DNA of 64,000 nt from a virus. Below are positions 15,437-24,120 of the stretch, piece after piece (within the stretch, counting starts at the first letter, position 1; each line of letters opens with the position of its first letter). The notes beneath the pieces were generated by a model that was not told the DNA's origin, did no database searches, and was given only the letters and a program-made list of their open reading frames with translations. Both the position numbers and the translations under genes were made by a program. The stretch is taken from positions 55,479 to 119,478 of IMG/VR virus record IMGVR_UViG_3300045051_000172; one strand, given 5' to 3'.

Positions 15437-16395
15437 TGGACTTGAAAGACACAATTGCAAAGCTCCGAGAAGGCATCAATAAAGATCTAGGTAAGAAGGT
15501 AGCGCTCGATTTAAACGTCGAAGACCTTCTTCAAGTAGACCAATGGATCAACATGCCAGACTGGTTTACGTTCTTGACCGGCAAAGGAACAGGTATCCCA
15601 TGTGGTCATTTCGGCCAAGTTATCGGTGAACCTGATTCGGGCAAAACTTCCCTGATTATCGCAATGATGATTGCCTGCCAAAAACAAGGCGGGGTTGTCT
15701 TCATGATTGATTCTGAACACAAATTTCCAGTAGATCGATTTGTACGCTTCGGTGGACAGAAAGAACTTCTTCTCCCTCTCGTAGCGGATACCTTGGAAGA
15801 AGCCTGGACTAACTTCGACGCGGTTATTGAACAAGTGAAAGTCCTTCGCAAGAAAGACCCTACAATGCCAATCCTGCTTGTTTGGGATAGTATTGCAGCT
15901 TCAGTTCCGGATGCGATTAAAGAATCCGAAGCTGGACAAGCCCACGTTGCGGTTCAAGCCAAGATCAACAATCAGCAGGTCATTAAGTTTCGCCAAGAAG
16001 TTCGAAAGAACAATATTGCCGCAGTGCTTATCAACCACAGTTATTTTGAAATGAATGGGTATGGCGCTCCGAAAGAAATTTTAAAAGGTGGAAAAGAACT
16101 CACCTTCCATAGTACCTACGTCATCAAGGCAGCCAAGATGGGCTGGATTGATCGTGAGAAAGATGGACGTAAACAAATTATTGGAGTCAAAACCAAGCTT
16201 TCTCCCTACAAGAATCACTTAAGTGACCTTAAGGGAGTTTCTGAAATCGCAATGATCGGGGATACGATTTGTTTCTTAGACGACACGGACGCTATCAAAG
16301 CTACAAGAGAGAGAATCGACGAGATCTTCTCTGGCATCAAGGTGGACACCGTTGAAGAGAAAGAAGCAGCAGAGAACCTCAGAAAGAAAAAATAA
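15436..16395 (+). CDS. recA: RecA/UvsX-like recombinase
   Basis: GEPDSGKT Walker A, IDSEH, VWDSIA, LINH and GGKELTF motifs. Confidence 0.9.
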   Translation: MDLKDTIAKLREGINKDLGKKVALDLNVEDLLQVDQWINMPDWFTFLTGKGTGIPCGHFGQVIGEPDSGKTSLIIAMMIACQKQGGVVFMIDSEHKFPVDRFVRFGGQKELLLPLVADTLEEAWTNFDAVIEQVKVLRKKDPTMPILLVWDSIAASVPDAIKESEAGQAHVAVQAKINNQQVIKFRQEVRKNNIAAVLINHSYFEMNGYGAPKEILKGGKELTFHSTYVIKAAKMGWIDREKDGRKQIIGVKTKLSPYKNHLSDLKGVSEIAMIGDTICFLDDTDAIKATRERIDEIFSGIKVDTVEEKEAAENLRKKK

Positions 16396-17363
16396 TGTTT
16401 TCTTTAAGAGAAGAACCTATCATTTGCGGAGATCCGCACAATAGGCTTAATGAACTTCCTAAGGCCAACTTGTTGTACGACATGCTGGAAGCCTTTCATC
16501 GTGACGTAATTCATCTGGGGGACATCTTCCACACAAAAGAGAAACTTAGTTCGAAGACTTTGAATCTTGTTTACCGCAAATTAAAGGCCTCGAAACTCAA
16601 TCACGTTATCTTGGTTGGGAATCACGATTGGCACTCTCTTGAATGCACTGAACACTCGCTTGAACTTTTTAAAGACCTCCCGAATGTCTTAGTTGTGGAC
16701 AAGCCCACTATTCTTCCAGTTGGGAATAGAGCTGCATTATTCCTTCCGTATTATCATGATTTGCAAAAGTTTAAGAATGCTTTGACTTTCCCTAAAAGAG
16801 AGAAGACTCCTTGTAGTGTCTTATTCATGCATCAAGGAGTTACTGGCTTTGATTATGGAAACGGATTCATAGCAGTTGATGAACTTGATTTTGAGGCCGT
16901 CTCTGGATTTGTAAAGGTTATTTCCGGGCATTTCCACAAGTATCAAGAAAAAGGAAATCTCGTATACCTTGGTACGCCCTACACTCAAGACCATGGAGAA
17001 TCCAATCAAAAGAAATTTTTAGGAATTCTCAAGCCAGACCTATCCCTTGAGTTGATTGAAACTGATTCAGTTTTCCCAAAACACACTACTCACACGCTTC
17101 AATGCCCAGTGACTGAATTTCCAGATATCTCGAAACCTGGATATTACCGTTTCATCCTCACTGGATCTCAAGAGGCGGTAGATGCTTTTCCCAAGGATCA
17201 ATTTCCAGGAGTCAAAATTATTCCCCGTCCCAACGTGTCTGCAAATACTCTTAAGTTGACGGAGAAGCTTTCGAACGAAGGTAAGTTTCAGTTATGGGCT
17301 AAAGACAAGTTAGATAACGAGACAACCAAGTTGGGATTAGAACTTCTGTCGGAGGTCAAATGA
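16395..17363 (+). CDS. sbcD: SbcD/Mre11-like nuclease subunit
   Basis: GDPH, GDIFH, GNHD, MHQ and SGHFH motifs; upstream of an SMC-like ATPase. Confidence 0.85.
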   Translation: MFSLREEPIICGDPHNRLNELPKANLLYDMLEAFHRDVIHLGDIFHTKEKLSSKTLNLVYRKLKASKLNHVILVGNHDWHSLECTEHSLELFKDLPNVLVVDKPTILPVGNRAALFLPYYHDLQKFKNALTFPKREKTPCSVLFMHQGVTGFDYGNGFIAVDELDFEAVSGFVKVISGHFHKYQEKGNLVYLGTPYTQDHGESNQKKFLGILKPDLSLELIETDSVFPKHTTHTLQCPVTEFPDISKPGYYRFILTGSQEAVDAFPKDQFPGVKIIPRPNVSANTLKLTEKLSNEGKFQLWAKDKLDNETTKLGLELLSEVK

Positions 17364-19276
17364 TTGCCTCAGTTCGCGCTAAGAATTTATTTTCATTTAA
17401 AGAGCTTGAGGTCCCCTTCGAGCCCGGCATTACTATGTATGAGGGATTCAACCATGACGATGGAACTGAGGAGGCCGTAGGAAAATCTTCGATTCTGAAT
17501 ATCGTTTCATGGGTTCTATATGGCGAAATTCCCAAAGATGTAAAGATTGACGATGTAGTTCGCATTGGAGAGAAGAGCGGATCGGGAATGGTCGATCTTA
17601 AAAACGGATTCTCGGTCTTTCGATCAAGAAGACCAAATGATCTTTACTTATTCGATTCGGCTACTCAAGAGAAGATCAAAGGTAAGGACGCCAAAGAAAC
17701 TCAAGAAATGATTATCCAAAAGGTTGGAATGAGTTTTAAGACTTTTTGTCAAGCAGTTTATTTTGCTCAGAATTATCCAAATAAGTTTATTACGGCTACG
17801 GAAGAAGACAAGGCTAAGATTTTAGCTGAGATTGATGACTTAAGTCAGTTCGACCGGGCCCGCAAAGAGGCTACTCAGAAAGTTAAGACTTTAGAAGCGG
17901 AATTATCGACTACAGCATTAAAGCTGTCTCATGCGATTCAATCCAGGGACACGGCCCAGCAACAAGTGACTTCTTTGAGAAAGCTGATCTCAGTTCAAGC
18001 TCAAGAGAGGGAACAGAAGTTGGCCAAGCTCACGGAAGATCTTAAGTCGGCTGAATCTTTAGTAGAGGCCCGAGAGAATTCCTTGAAGTCCATGGAAGAG
18101 AGTTTGACGGATCTTCAGGCCGAGAAGGATCATATCAATTCGGCTACGCCAGTGATTACTTCCAAGAAATATGAAATCGAAAGATCCCTGAAAGAGGTAG
18201 ATGCCTTAAAGATTAAAGTCATGAGAGCTAAGGAAAAAGAGAAGGCCGCTGCGAGAGCCGCAGAACTCCTCAATTCTAAGATCATGAAACTTCAGACCCC
18301 AGTAAAGGGTCAATCTTGCCCAACTTGTGGTACTGATCTATCAAAGGCTGATGAAGCCACATTGAACAAACATATCGAGGAATTGAAGCTGGCCTTTCAA
18401 GAGAAAGATAAAGAGACTTTAGCCGCCTCTCAGGAAGCGTATGAATTAGAAGCTTCCATCCCGGATACGGAAGAATCTAAAGGTTTGATTGAACAATTGA
18501 ATTCTGATTTCAAATTGCTAATGGATCGAGGACGAGAAATTGATAAAGCTTTAATGGATGTTCAAAAAGCCGCGTATGAGCTTGAAATGCTTAGAAAGTC
18601 CGTTTCGAATATTTCGAATGATCTTCAAAAGTCAGAAACTTCAATTCAATCAGAAGAGACTCAAAAGCTTCTCTCAGAGGCTGAGTACCAGCAATCTAAG
18701 TTTATCTTGGATGCAGAAAGACTGGAAGACGAGAAATCGAAGGTTTCTTCCGATCTCGCTAAATATTCTGCCCTTAAAGACGCTTTCAAAGAAGTGAAGT
18801 CTTTCGCCTTTAGAAATACCTTGGCGGAGCTTACTCACAAATCTAATTTCTATATGTCTCAACTCTTTAATCAAGAAGTTCGAATTGAATTCTCAAATGA
18901 AGGGGACGCTGGAGAATTATCGAAAATCCTTTGCAAGGTTTCCATCGATGGAGATGAACGACCGTTGGGTCTTTACTCCGGAGGACAGTTCCGCAGAATT
19001 CAACTATCCGTTGACTTAGCCTTATCCGATTTGATTTCAAGCAGAAACCAGGGTAATCTTGGAATTCGATTCTTTGATGAATATTTCAAGGATCTTAGCG
19101 AAACTAGCATGGAGAACTGTCTCCGTTTGTTCCAGACTTTAAAAGGGACTACGATTCTAATCGAGCACAATAGCCTGTTCAAAAGTATCGTAAACCAGAC
19201 AGTCCACATTGAATTAACCGACGGCGTGTCGAGAATAGTAGAATCAGAGTATGGCTCTAAGATATTGGAAATGTAA
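17360..19276 (+). CDS. sbcC: SbcC/Rad50-like SMC ATPase
   Basis: VGKSS Walker A, coiled coils, CPTCG zinc hook, YSGGQ signature, FFDE Walker B. Confidence 0.9.
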   Translation: MIASVRAKNLFSFKELEVPFEPGITMYEGFNHDDGTEEAVGKSSILNIVSWVLYGEIPKDVKIDDVVRIGEKSGSGMVDLKNGFSVFRSRRPNDLYLFDSATQEKIKGKDAKETQEMIIQKVGMSFKTFCQAVYFAQNYPNKFITATEEDKAKILAEIDDLSQFDRARKEATQKVKTLEAELSTTALKLSHAIQSRDTAQQQVTSLRKLISVQAQEREQKLAKLTEDLKSAESLVEARENSLKSMEESLTDLQAEKDHINSATPVITSKKYEIERSLKEVDALKIKVMRAKEKEKAAARAAELLNSKIMKLQTPVKGQSCPTCGTDLSKADEATLNKHIEELKLAFQEKDKETLAASQEAYELEASIPDTEESKGLIEQLNSDFKLLMDRGREIDKALMDVQKAAYELEMLRKSVSNISNDLQKSETSIQSEETQKLLSEAEYQQSKFILDAERLEDEKSKVSSDLAKYSALKDAFKEVKSFAFRNTLAELTHKSNFYMSQLFNQEVRIEFSNEGDAGELSKILCKVSIDGDERPLGLYSGGQFRRIQLSVDLALSDLISSRNQGNLGIRFFDEYFKDLSETSMENCLRLFQTLKGTTILIEHNSLFKSIVNQTVHIELTDGVSRIVESEYGSKILEM

Positions 19277-19565
19277 TAAATGCGAAGAAGTGATTCGCAG
19301 CCTGGAAGACGGGCCTACGCATTGTGAACTCCCCATGGAGATGCAATTGGTTGCGCCCAAAGCCAAATTCATGGAGCCGAGACATAAAGCCAAGGGTAAG
19401 TCGGTTCTTAAAGATCAGAACAAAATGCTTAAGGCCAGAACCCGAGAACATACTCGGGATTTCGAACTTGATGAACTCATTGCCAACAATAGTTTGGACA
19501 TGGCCAAAAAGAACAAATGGATTACGGACAAAGGAAAACGAAGGACTAGGATCGATGACTTATGA
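19251..19565 (+). CDS. Small zinc-ribbon protein
   Basis: WKCNKC...THC at the N-terminus. Confidence 0.6.
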   Translation: MALRYWKCNKCEEVIRSLEDGPTHCELPMEMQLVAPKAKFMEPRHKAKGKSVLKDQNKMLKARTREHTRDFELDELIANNSLDMAKKNKWITDKGKRRTRIDDL

Positions 19566-20185
19566 AGAAATATCTCCTAGCTTTAGATTTGTCTACCAAT
19601 TCCACCGGATGGGCTCTGTTTAACACCGAGTCCAAAGTGCTCGTAGAATTTGGAGTCTTGAAGCCCTCTCTTAAGGGGATCAGCAAATTAGTTTATCCAA
19701 AACTGCAACTCATGAAAATCAAAGCCTTCTCAGCAGAAGTTGCAGATCTCGTCAAAAGATTCAAAAACGATCTTCAATCTATTGTGGTTGAGGAAATCAA
19801 CATGGGCCGCAATCGTATGGGCCAGAAGACCCTAGACGCCTTCCACTTCTTCGTAATGGATGCCCTCGGGGGAATGATTGATTTGGTAGTTTATCGGGAC
19901 TCAGACGGGGCCGACGGCTGGCGCAGGCAACTGGGTCACTTATTGACCGATGCAGATAAAGAGAAAAATAAGCAAGCAAGACTCGACAATAAGAAACTTC
20001 GTCAAAAAGATCAAATAGTTATCCTGACTAAAAAACATGTCACTGCTCGCTGGGTGAACAAAAAGTTCAATAAAAACTTCAACATAGACGAAAACGCATC
20101 GGACAACGATATATGTGATGCCATAGGACTTGGTTGGGCCGGTTTGGAAAAACTGACAGCAAATCAAGGACTTATGCGGGATTGA
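19562..20185 (+). CDS. ruvC: RuvC-like Holliday junction resolvase
   Basis: LALDLSTNSTGWA, IVVEE and DICDAIGLG motifs. Confidence 0.8.
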   Translation: MKKYLLALDLSTNSTGWALFNTESKVLVEFGVLKPSLKGISKLVYPKLQLMKIKAFSAEVADLVKRFKNDLQSIVVEEINMGRNRMGQKTLDAFHFFVMDALGGMIDLVVYRDSDGADGWRRQLGHLLTDADKEKNKQARLDNKKLRQKDQIVILTKKHVTARWVNKKFNKNFNIDENASDNDICDAIGLGWAGLEKLTANQGLMRD

Positions 20186-20230
20186 CCTGACAAAGAATCC
20201 TTGGTACATTGTATATTGAGGTAGTAGAGA

Positions 20231-20719
20231 ATGGCTGACGATAATAAAAAATTCTCAACTGAAGATCGGGCTGAATATTTGGGCCAGGGAGTAGAGTGGC
20301 TGCTCAAGATCGGCTATTTGGAATCTCCTGACGTTCAGATCGCTCTGACGGCGAATATCTACCGGGTATCCGAGCGCATTGAGGACGCCTCGCTGGTTGC
20401 TGACACCGAGCAACAAAAACTTTTGGTTTATCTGAAACTCAGTCCAATTCCGGAACCCCGCCTTTACAATAAGGTTTTTTCTTTCATTCGAAACATCTTT
20501 GGGATGGAAAGAACCGGCATTGACGATTTGACCCAAGAAGAGGTTGGATCTTTAGTCGCGGATATGATTCATCAAGTTTTGCCAGATTACGAACTCAGAG
20601 TTATTTTTGACCACGCTCTTTATTTGAAGGCCAAGGATATGTCCGAAAAGCTTCAAAAAATCCGAGCGGAGACTTTGCTTATGAGAGATAAAGCAAAAGC
20701 TAAGGAAAAGAAAACATGA
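20231..20719 (+). CDS. Hypothetical protein
   Basis: 162 aa ORF; TTGACC-17-TACATT promoter-like sequence upstream. Confidence 0.7.
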   Translation: MADDNKKFSTEDRAEYLGQGVEWLLKIGYLESPDVQIALTANIYRVSERIEDASLVADTEQQKLLVYLKLSPIPEPRLYNKVFSFIRNIFGMERTGIDDLTQEEVGSLVADMIHQVLPDYELRVIFDHALYLKAKDMSEKLQKIRAETLLMRDKAKAKEKKT

Positions 20720-21312
20720 CTTCAACCCTCCTAGCGTTATGCTTGGTCGGGCAGTTCGAAATCAAAGATGTAGAACAAGCCAACAAAGTCATCAACGCGC
20801 TCCAACCAGAACTCACGGATGAACAGGCAATGGACCTTTCTTGGGCCGTTGTCGTAAATGCGCCCAAAGCTGGAATTCCATGGACCAAGTTCCTCGCGGT
20901 CCTCTTCCAAGAATCCTCATTGTGGTTAGATCCTAAAGGCTGCATGGAAGGCAAGAAATGCCATGACTACGGAGTCGGCCAGGTTAATTGGCGAACTTGG
21001 GGAGAAGAACTGAATTTAGATCGATACAAATTACTCACCGATTATGCGTATTCGGTCAAAGTGAGTGCCGAAGTTTTCGCGCATTATCACGCAAAATATA
21101 GCAAAAAAGACCCTAAGAATTGGTGGGGTTTCTACCATTCTAAGACTCCTAGCCTTAAACGGGCTTATCAGGCAAGGGTTCGGGGCGTACATGCTAAAAT
21201 AGTCGGAGAACTAGAGGTAGAGCCAAATGAATCAAGAGTTTTCGACATTTCCGAATCAGACCGTTGCGTATTTGGACCAGGAGAAAAAACATCCTTACGT
21301 TCAGCTCCGTAA
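20716..21312 (+). CDS. SLT-family lytic transglycosylase with an N-terminal signal-like segment
   Basis: LFQES (catalytic Glu), DYGVGQVN and WGFYHS motifs. Confidence 0.75.
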   Translation: MTSTLLALCLVGQFEIKDVEQANKVINALQPELTDEQAMDLSWAVVVNAPKAGIPWTKFLAVLFQESSLWLDPKGCMEGKKCHDYGVGQVNWRTWGEELNLDRYKLLTDYAYSVKVSAEVFAHYHAKYSKKDPKNWWGFYHSKTPSLKRAYQARVRGVHAKIVGELEVEPNESRVFDISESDRCVFGPGEKTSLRSAP

Positions 21313-21811
21313 CCATTTCATCAAGTCCGACGAGACTCCTGAAGAATTTGCCATTAACCGAGGCCTGTCTGAATCAGCTTTAGAGATCATTAAAACCGAA
21401 CGCTGGGTAGCCTTGCGCGACACGCTCCGATCCCAACATGAGGATGTCTATAAGACCGTCGCGGCGTATTACGTCGACAGCTCCCTGAAGTACGAAATCG
21501 AACTCTATGAACTCAAAGCTGCCCAACTGATGGACGAGGTCAATTATTTCCGACGATACAAAGAAAAGTACGGGGACCTCTTCAAAAGAAACGCAGAAGG
21601 TGACTTGGTCTTAGACCATTACGGAAGACCTCTGACTCATGACATCCCTTCTGGGTTAGCCGACCGCTCCGCGCACATCATGGAGTATCTTGAGAATTTA
21701 GGAAAGATCGATAACGTGCATCGAAGATTAAGAGGGGAGATTATAGAAATCGATGCCAGCACTTCGACGGTCGATCCTCTAGCCGGATTACTTGAAAGCC
21801 GAAAAATATGA
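21227..21811 (+). CDS. Hypothetical protein, positional candidate for terminase small subunit
   Basis: Coupled directly upstream of terL; helical. Confidence 0.45.
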   Translation: MNQEFSTFPNQTVAYLDQEKKHPYVQLRNHFIKSDETPEEFAINRGLSESALEIIKTERWVALRDTLRSQHEDVYKTVAAYYVDSSLKYEIELYELKAAQLMDEVNYFRRYKEKYGDLFKRNAEGDLVLDHYGRPLTHDIPSGLADRSAHIMEYLENLGKIDNVHRRLRGEIIEIDASTSTVDPLAGLLESRKI

Positions 21812-23670
21812 GCGTAATGCCCCTAAAAGAATTAGTCGACAAACTTTCGGACATTGAGTTTGCTCGAACCTTCGCAAAGCATCGAGAAAGAATCTTAAGT
21901 GATCCCATTGCATTTTTCATTAAGGGAACTGGATATCTTGATTTCCTTCCCAGTGCTGCGCAATCCGTAGCGTTGAAACTTGCATTCGGACAAACCCTTG
22001 ATGACACGGTCAAATATTTAGTTCCTCAAGAACGAATGACGGCTGATGGAACTTTTTGCTTAATGGATTCTGAAATGACGGAATTCGAACTCTATAACTA
22101 CATGACCGACATAAATTATGACAAGACTAAAAATCCTGTTCTGAATTATTTGGATTTCATCGTCGGTCGTCGGGGCGGGAAAACTACCCTAGCTGCGGCA
22201 CTTTCATGCTTTTGTTCTATCAAGGAAGATTGGTCTAAATACCTAGAAAAGACGCCAGTAGCTACCATTTTGATCTTGTCACCCACAAAGGAACTTTCTC
22301 AGGAAATTCTTGAAATTGTTCGGAACATGTACCAGAACTCTCCAGTCTTGAATCGTTTAATCGACACCAAGAAGAGAAATACTCAGAGCACGTTCAATAT
22401 CAAAGTGCCATTCATCGAAATTGTGGATGGCAAGGAACAAGTTCATTTTTCCAGAGTTCAAATTAAAGTAGGGGCCGCGAGTAAGAAGACTACTCGGGGT
22501 ATCGCAGCTTGCGCGGTGATATGCGACGAAATTTCATTCTGGGGAACCGACGAAAAGTTCGCTGAAACTGACGTTGATATTTTGCGAGCCGTTAAGCCAG
22601 CTCAAGCTCAGTTCAAAGACAAATTCTTACTTATTAAGCTTTCATCTCCCGGGATCAAGCAAGGGGTTCTCTACGATGAATATCAAAAACGATTTGAACT
22701 TCCAGAAAGCTACGCAGTATTTAAAGCCCCATCTTGGGTTTGGAACCCTTCGAAATTTACTGAAGGATTCCTTCGAACGGAATTGGACTTAGATCCAACA
22801 GGATTCGCGTCAGAATATCGCGGCGACTTCGTTGACTCCTTGTCCGACTTTATTTCTCCGGAAAGCTTGGATGCGACGATTCTCAAGGGTAAAACCTTTC
22901 TTACGCCTGAAGCCAAAGGCGAAGACGCTGTATATACAGCAGCAATCGACGCGGCCTTTAAGGGGGACCGTTTTGCCTTTACGGTCATGGGACAACATGG
23001 CGCGCGCATCAAGCAGTACGTCATGAACACCTGGCAAGGTACTCGAAAAGATCCAGTTAAGTCGAGGGAAGTGGCTCAGTACATTTCCACAGTTTGCAAA
23101 GAATTCGGAATCTCAAGGGTCCATGCGGACCAATACGCATTTCAACCCTTGAAGGAAATCTTCGAACAATACGGAGTGAATCTCATAGAAACTCCGTTCA
23201 CGAATACTTTCAAGAAGCAAATTTATTACAACCTGAAGCAAATGATCCATAATTTAAAGATTGACCTTCTTGATAATCACATAAACATTAGTGAAATCAA
23301 ACAGTTAAAGGTTGAACAGACCTCAACGGGTCTGGTTAGAATTGGTCACCCTCCGGGCGGACATGATGACTGCGCGGACGTTACTGCGATTTCGACCTAC
23401 ATTTTGGCCATGAATATGAACAAGGGCGGAGTCCTCGATGTGGCTGAGATTGCAGGAGACTTTGGTATGGATTACAATCCAGATGCGAATACGATTAGCC
23501 AGGCCCCTTCGGCGGAAATGCTGGGAGCGATGTATGGCTATGAAATTTTCAATAATTCTGCGATGTACGTTAGGGACCCAAAAGACGGCCAAATGAAGCG
23601 ATATGACGAAATGGAAGAGGCCGATGAAGATAAATCAGGGGAAGTCGGCGGAGACTTTGTTTTTGCCTAA
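21808..23670 (+). CDS. terL: Terminase large subunit
   Basis: GRRGGKT Walker A, ICDEI Walker B, SSPG, AAIDAA and HDDCAD nuclease motifs. Confidence 0.9.
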   Translation: MSVMPLKELVDKLSDIEFARTFAKHRERILSDPIAFFIKGTGYLDFLPSAAQSVALKLAFGQTLDDTVKYLVPQERMTADGTFCLMDSEMTEFELYNYMTDINYDKTKNPVLNYLDFIVGRRGGKTTLAAALSCFCSIKEDWSKYLEKTPVATILILSPTKELSQEILEIVRNMYQNSPVLNRLIDTKKRNTQSTFNIKVPFIEIVDGKEQVHFSRVQIKVGAASKKTTRGIAACAVICDEISFWGTDEKFAETDVDILRAVKPAQAQFKDKFLLIKLSSPGIKQGVLYDEYQKRFELPESYAVFKAPSWVWNPSKFTEGFLRTELDLDPTGFASEYRGDFVDSLSDFISPESLDATILKGKTFLTPEAKGEDAVYTAAIDAAFKGDRFAFTVMGQHGARIKQYVMNTWQGTRKDPVKSREVAQYISTVCKEFGISRVHADQYAFQPLKEIFEQYGVNLIETPFTNTFKKQIYYNLKQMIHNLKIDLLDNHINISEIKQLKVEQTSTGLVRIGHPPGGHDDCADVTAISTYILAMNMNKGGVLDVAEIAGDFGMDYNPDANTISQAPSAEMLGAMYGYEIFNNSAMYVRDPKDGQMKRYDEMEEADEDKSGEVGGDFVFA

Positions 23671-23682
23671 AACAGCCCCGTA

Positions 23683-23691
23683 TGCTAAGAT
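23683..23691 (+). promoter_or_regulatory. Extended -10 promoter (TGn-TAAGAT)
   Basis: One of a set of TGnTAnnnT elements before structural genes; this copy has a weak -35 TTGCCT. Confidence 0.5.
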
Positions 23692-23722
23692 AAAGGTTGA
23701 AATTCTTCGGTTATAGGAGCTT

Positions 23723-24112
23723 ATGATGTCTAAATTTTTGGATTTACAACTCAAATTCTTGTCTTACGATAGTTCTGCCGAATCCAACGACCCAGCCGAT
23801 GCGATTAAACTCGCCACTAAGGTGCAAGAATCGGCGGTCACTGAAGTGTTTCGCATTCAGACTTCCATTCCTACGGCAACGGTAGATCAAGCCGTGACCC
23901 TTCCAGATGCGGCAACGGATTATTTAATCATCTTGTCGGATCGAGAGATTTCAGTCAAGCTGAATGGAAACTCCGATGTTCAAGTTTTAAAGCCCAAAAC
24001 TCCAGGCAAAAAATGTCTGGTACTCATGATTAGAGGGACTGTTTCCGGATTGAGCATTTCAAATGCTTCTGGAACTGCAGCGAACTTAGATCTAATCATG
24101 GTTAATATTTAA
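23723..24112 (+). CDS. Hypothetical (probably virion) beta-rich protein
   Basis: 129 aa ORF between terL and portal, GGAG SD. Confidence 0.65.
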   Translation: MMSKFLDLQLKFLSYDSSAESNDPADAIKLATKVQESAVTEVFRIQTSIPTATVDQAVTLPDAATDYLIILSDREISVKLNGNSDVQVLKPKTPGKKCLVLMIRGTVSGLSISNASGTAANLDLIMVNI

Positions 24113-24120
24113 GGAATTCT

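Noticed and set aside
10973-23670. Introns or inteins in the polymerase, RecA or terminase
   Set aside because: Reading frames are continuous with no intein termini or homing endonuclease motifs; the polymerase insert is a short zinc ribbon.
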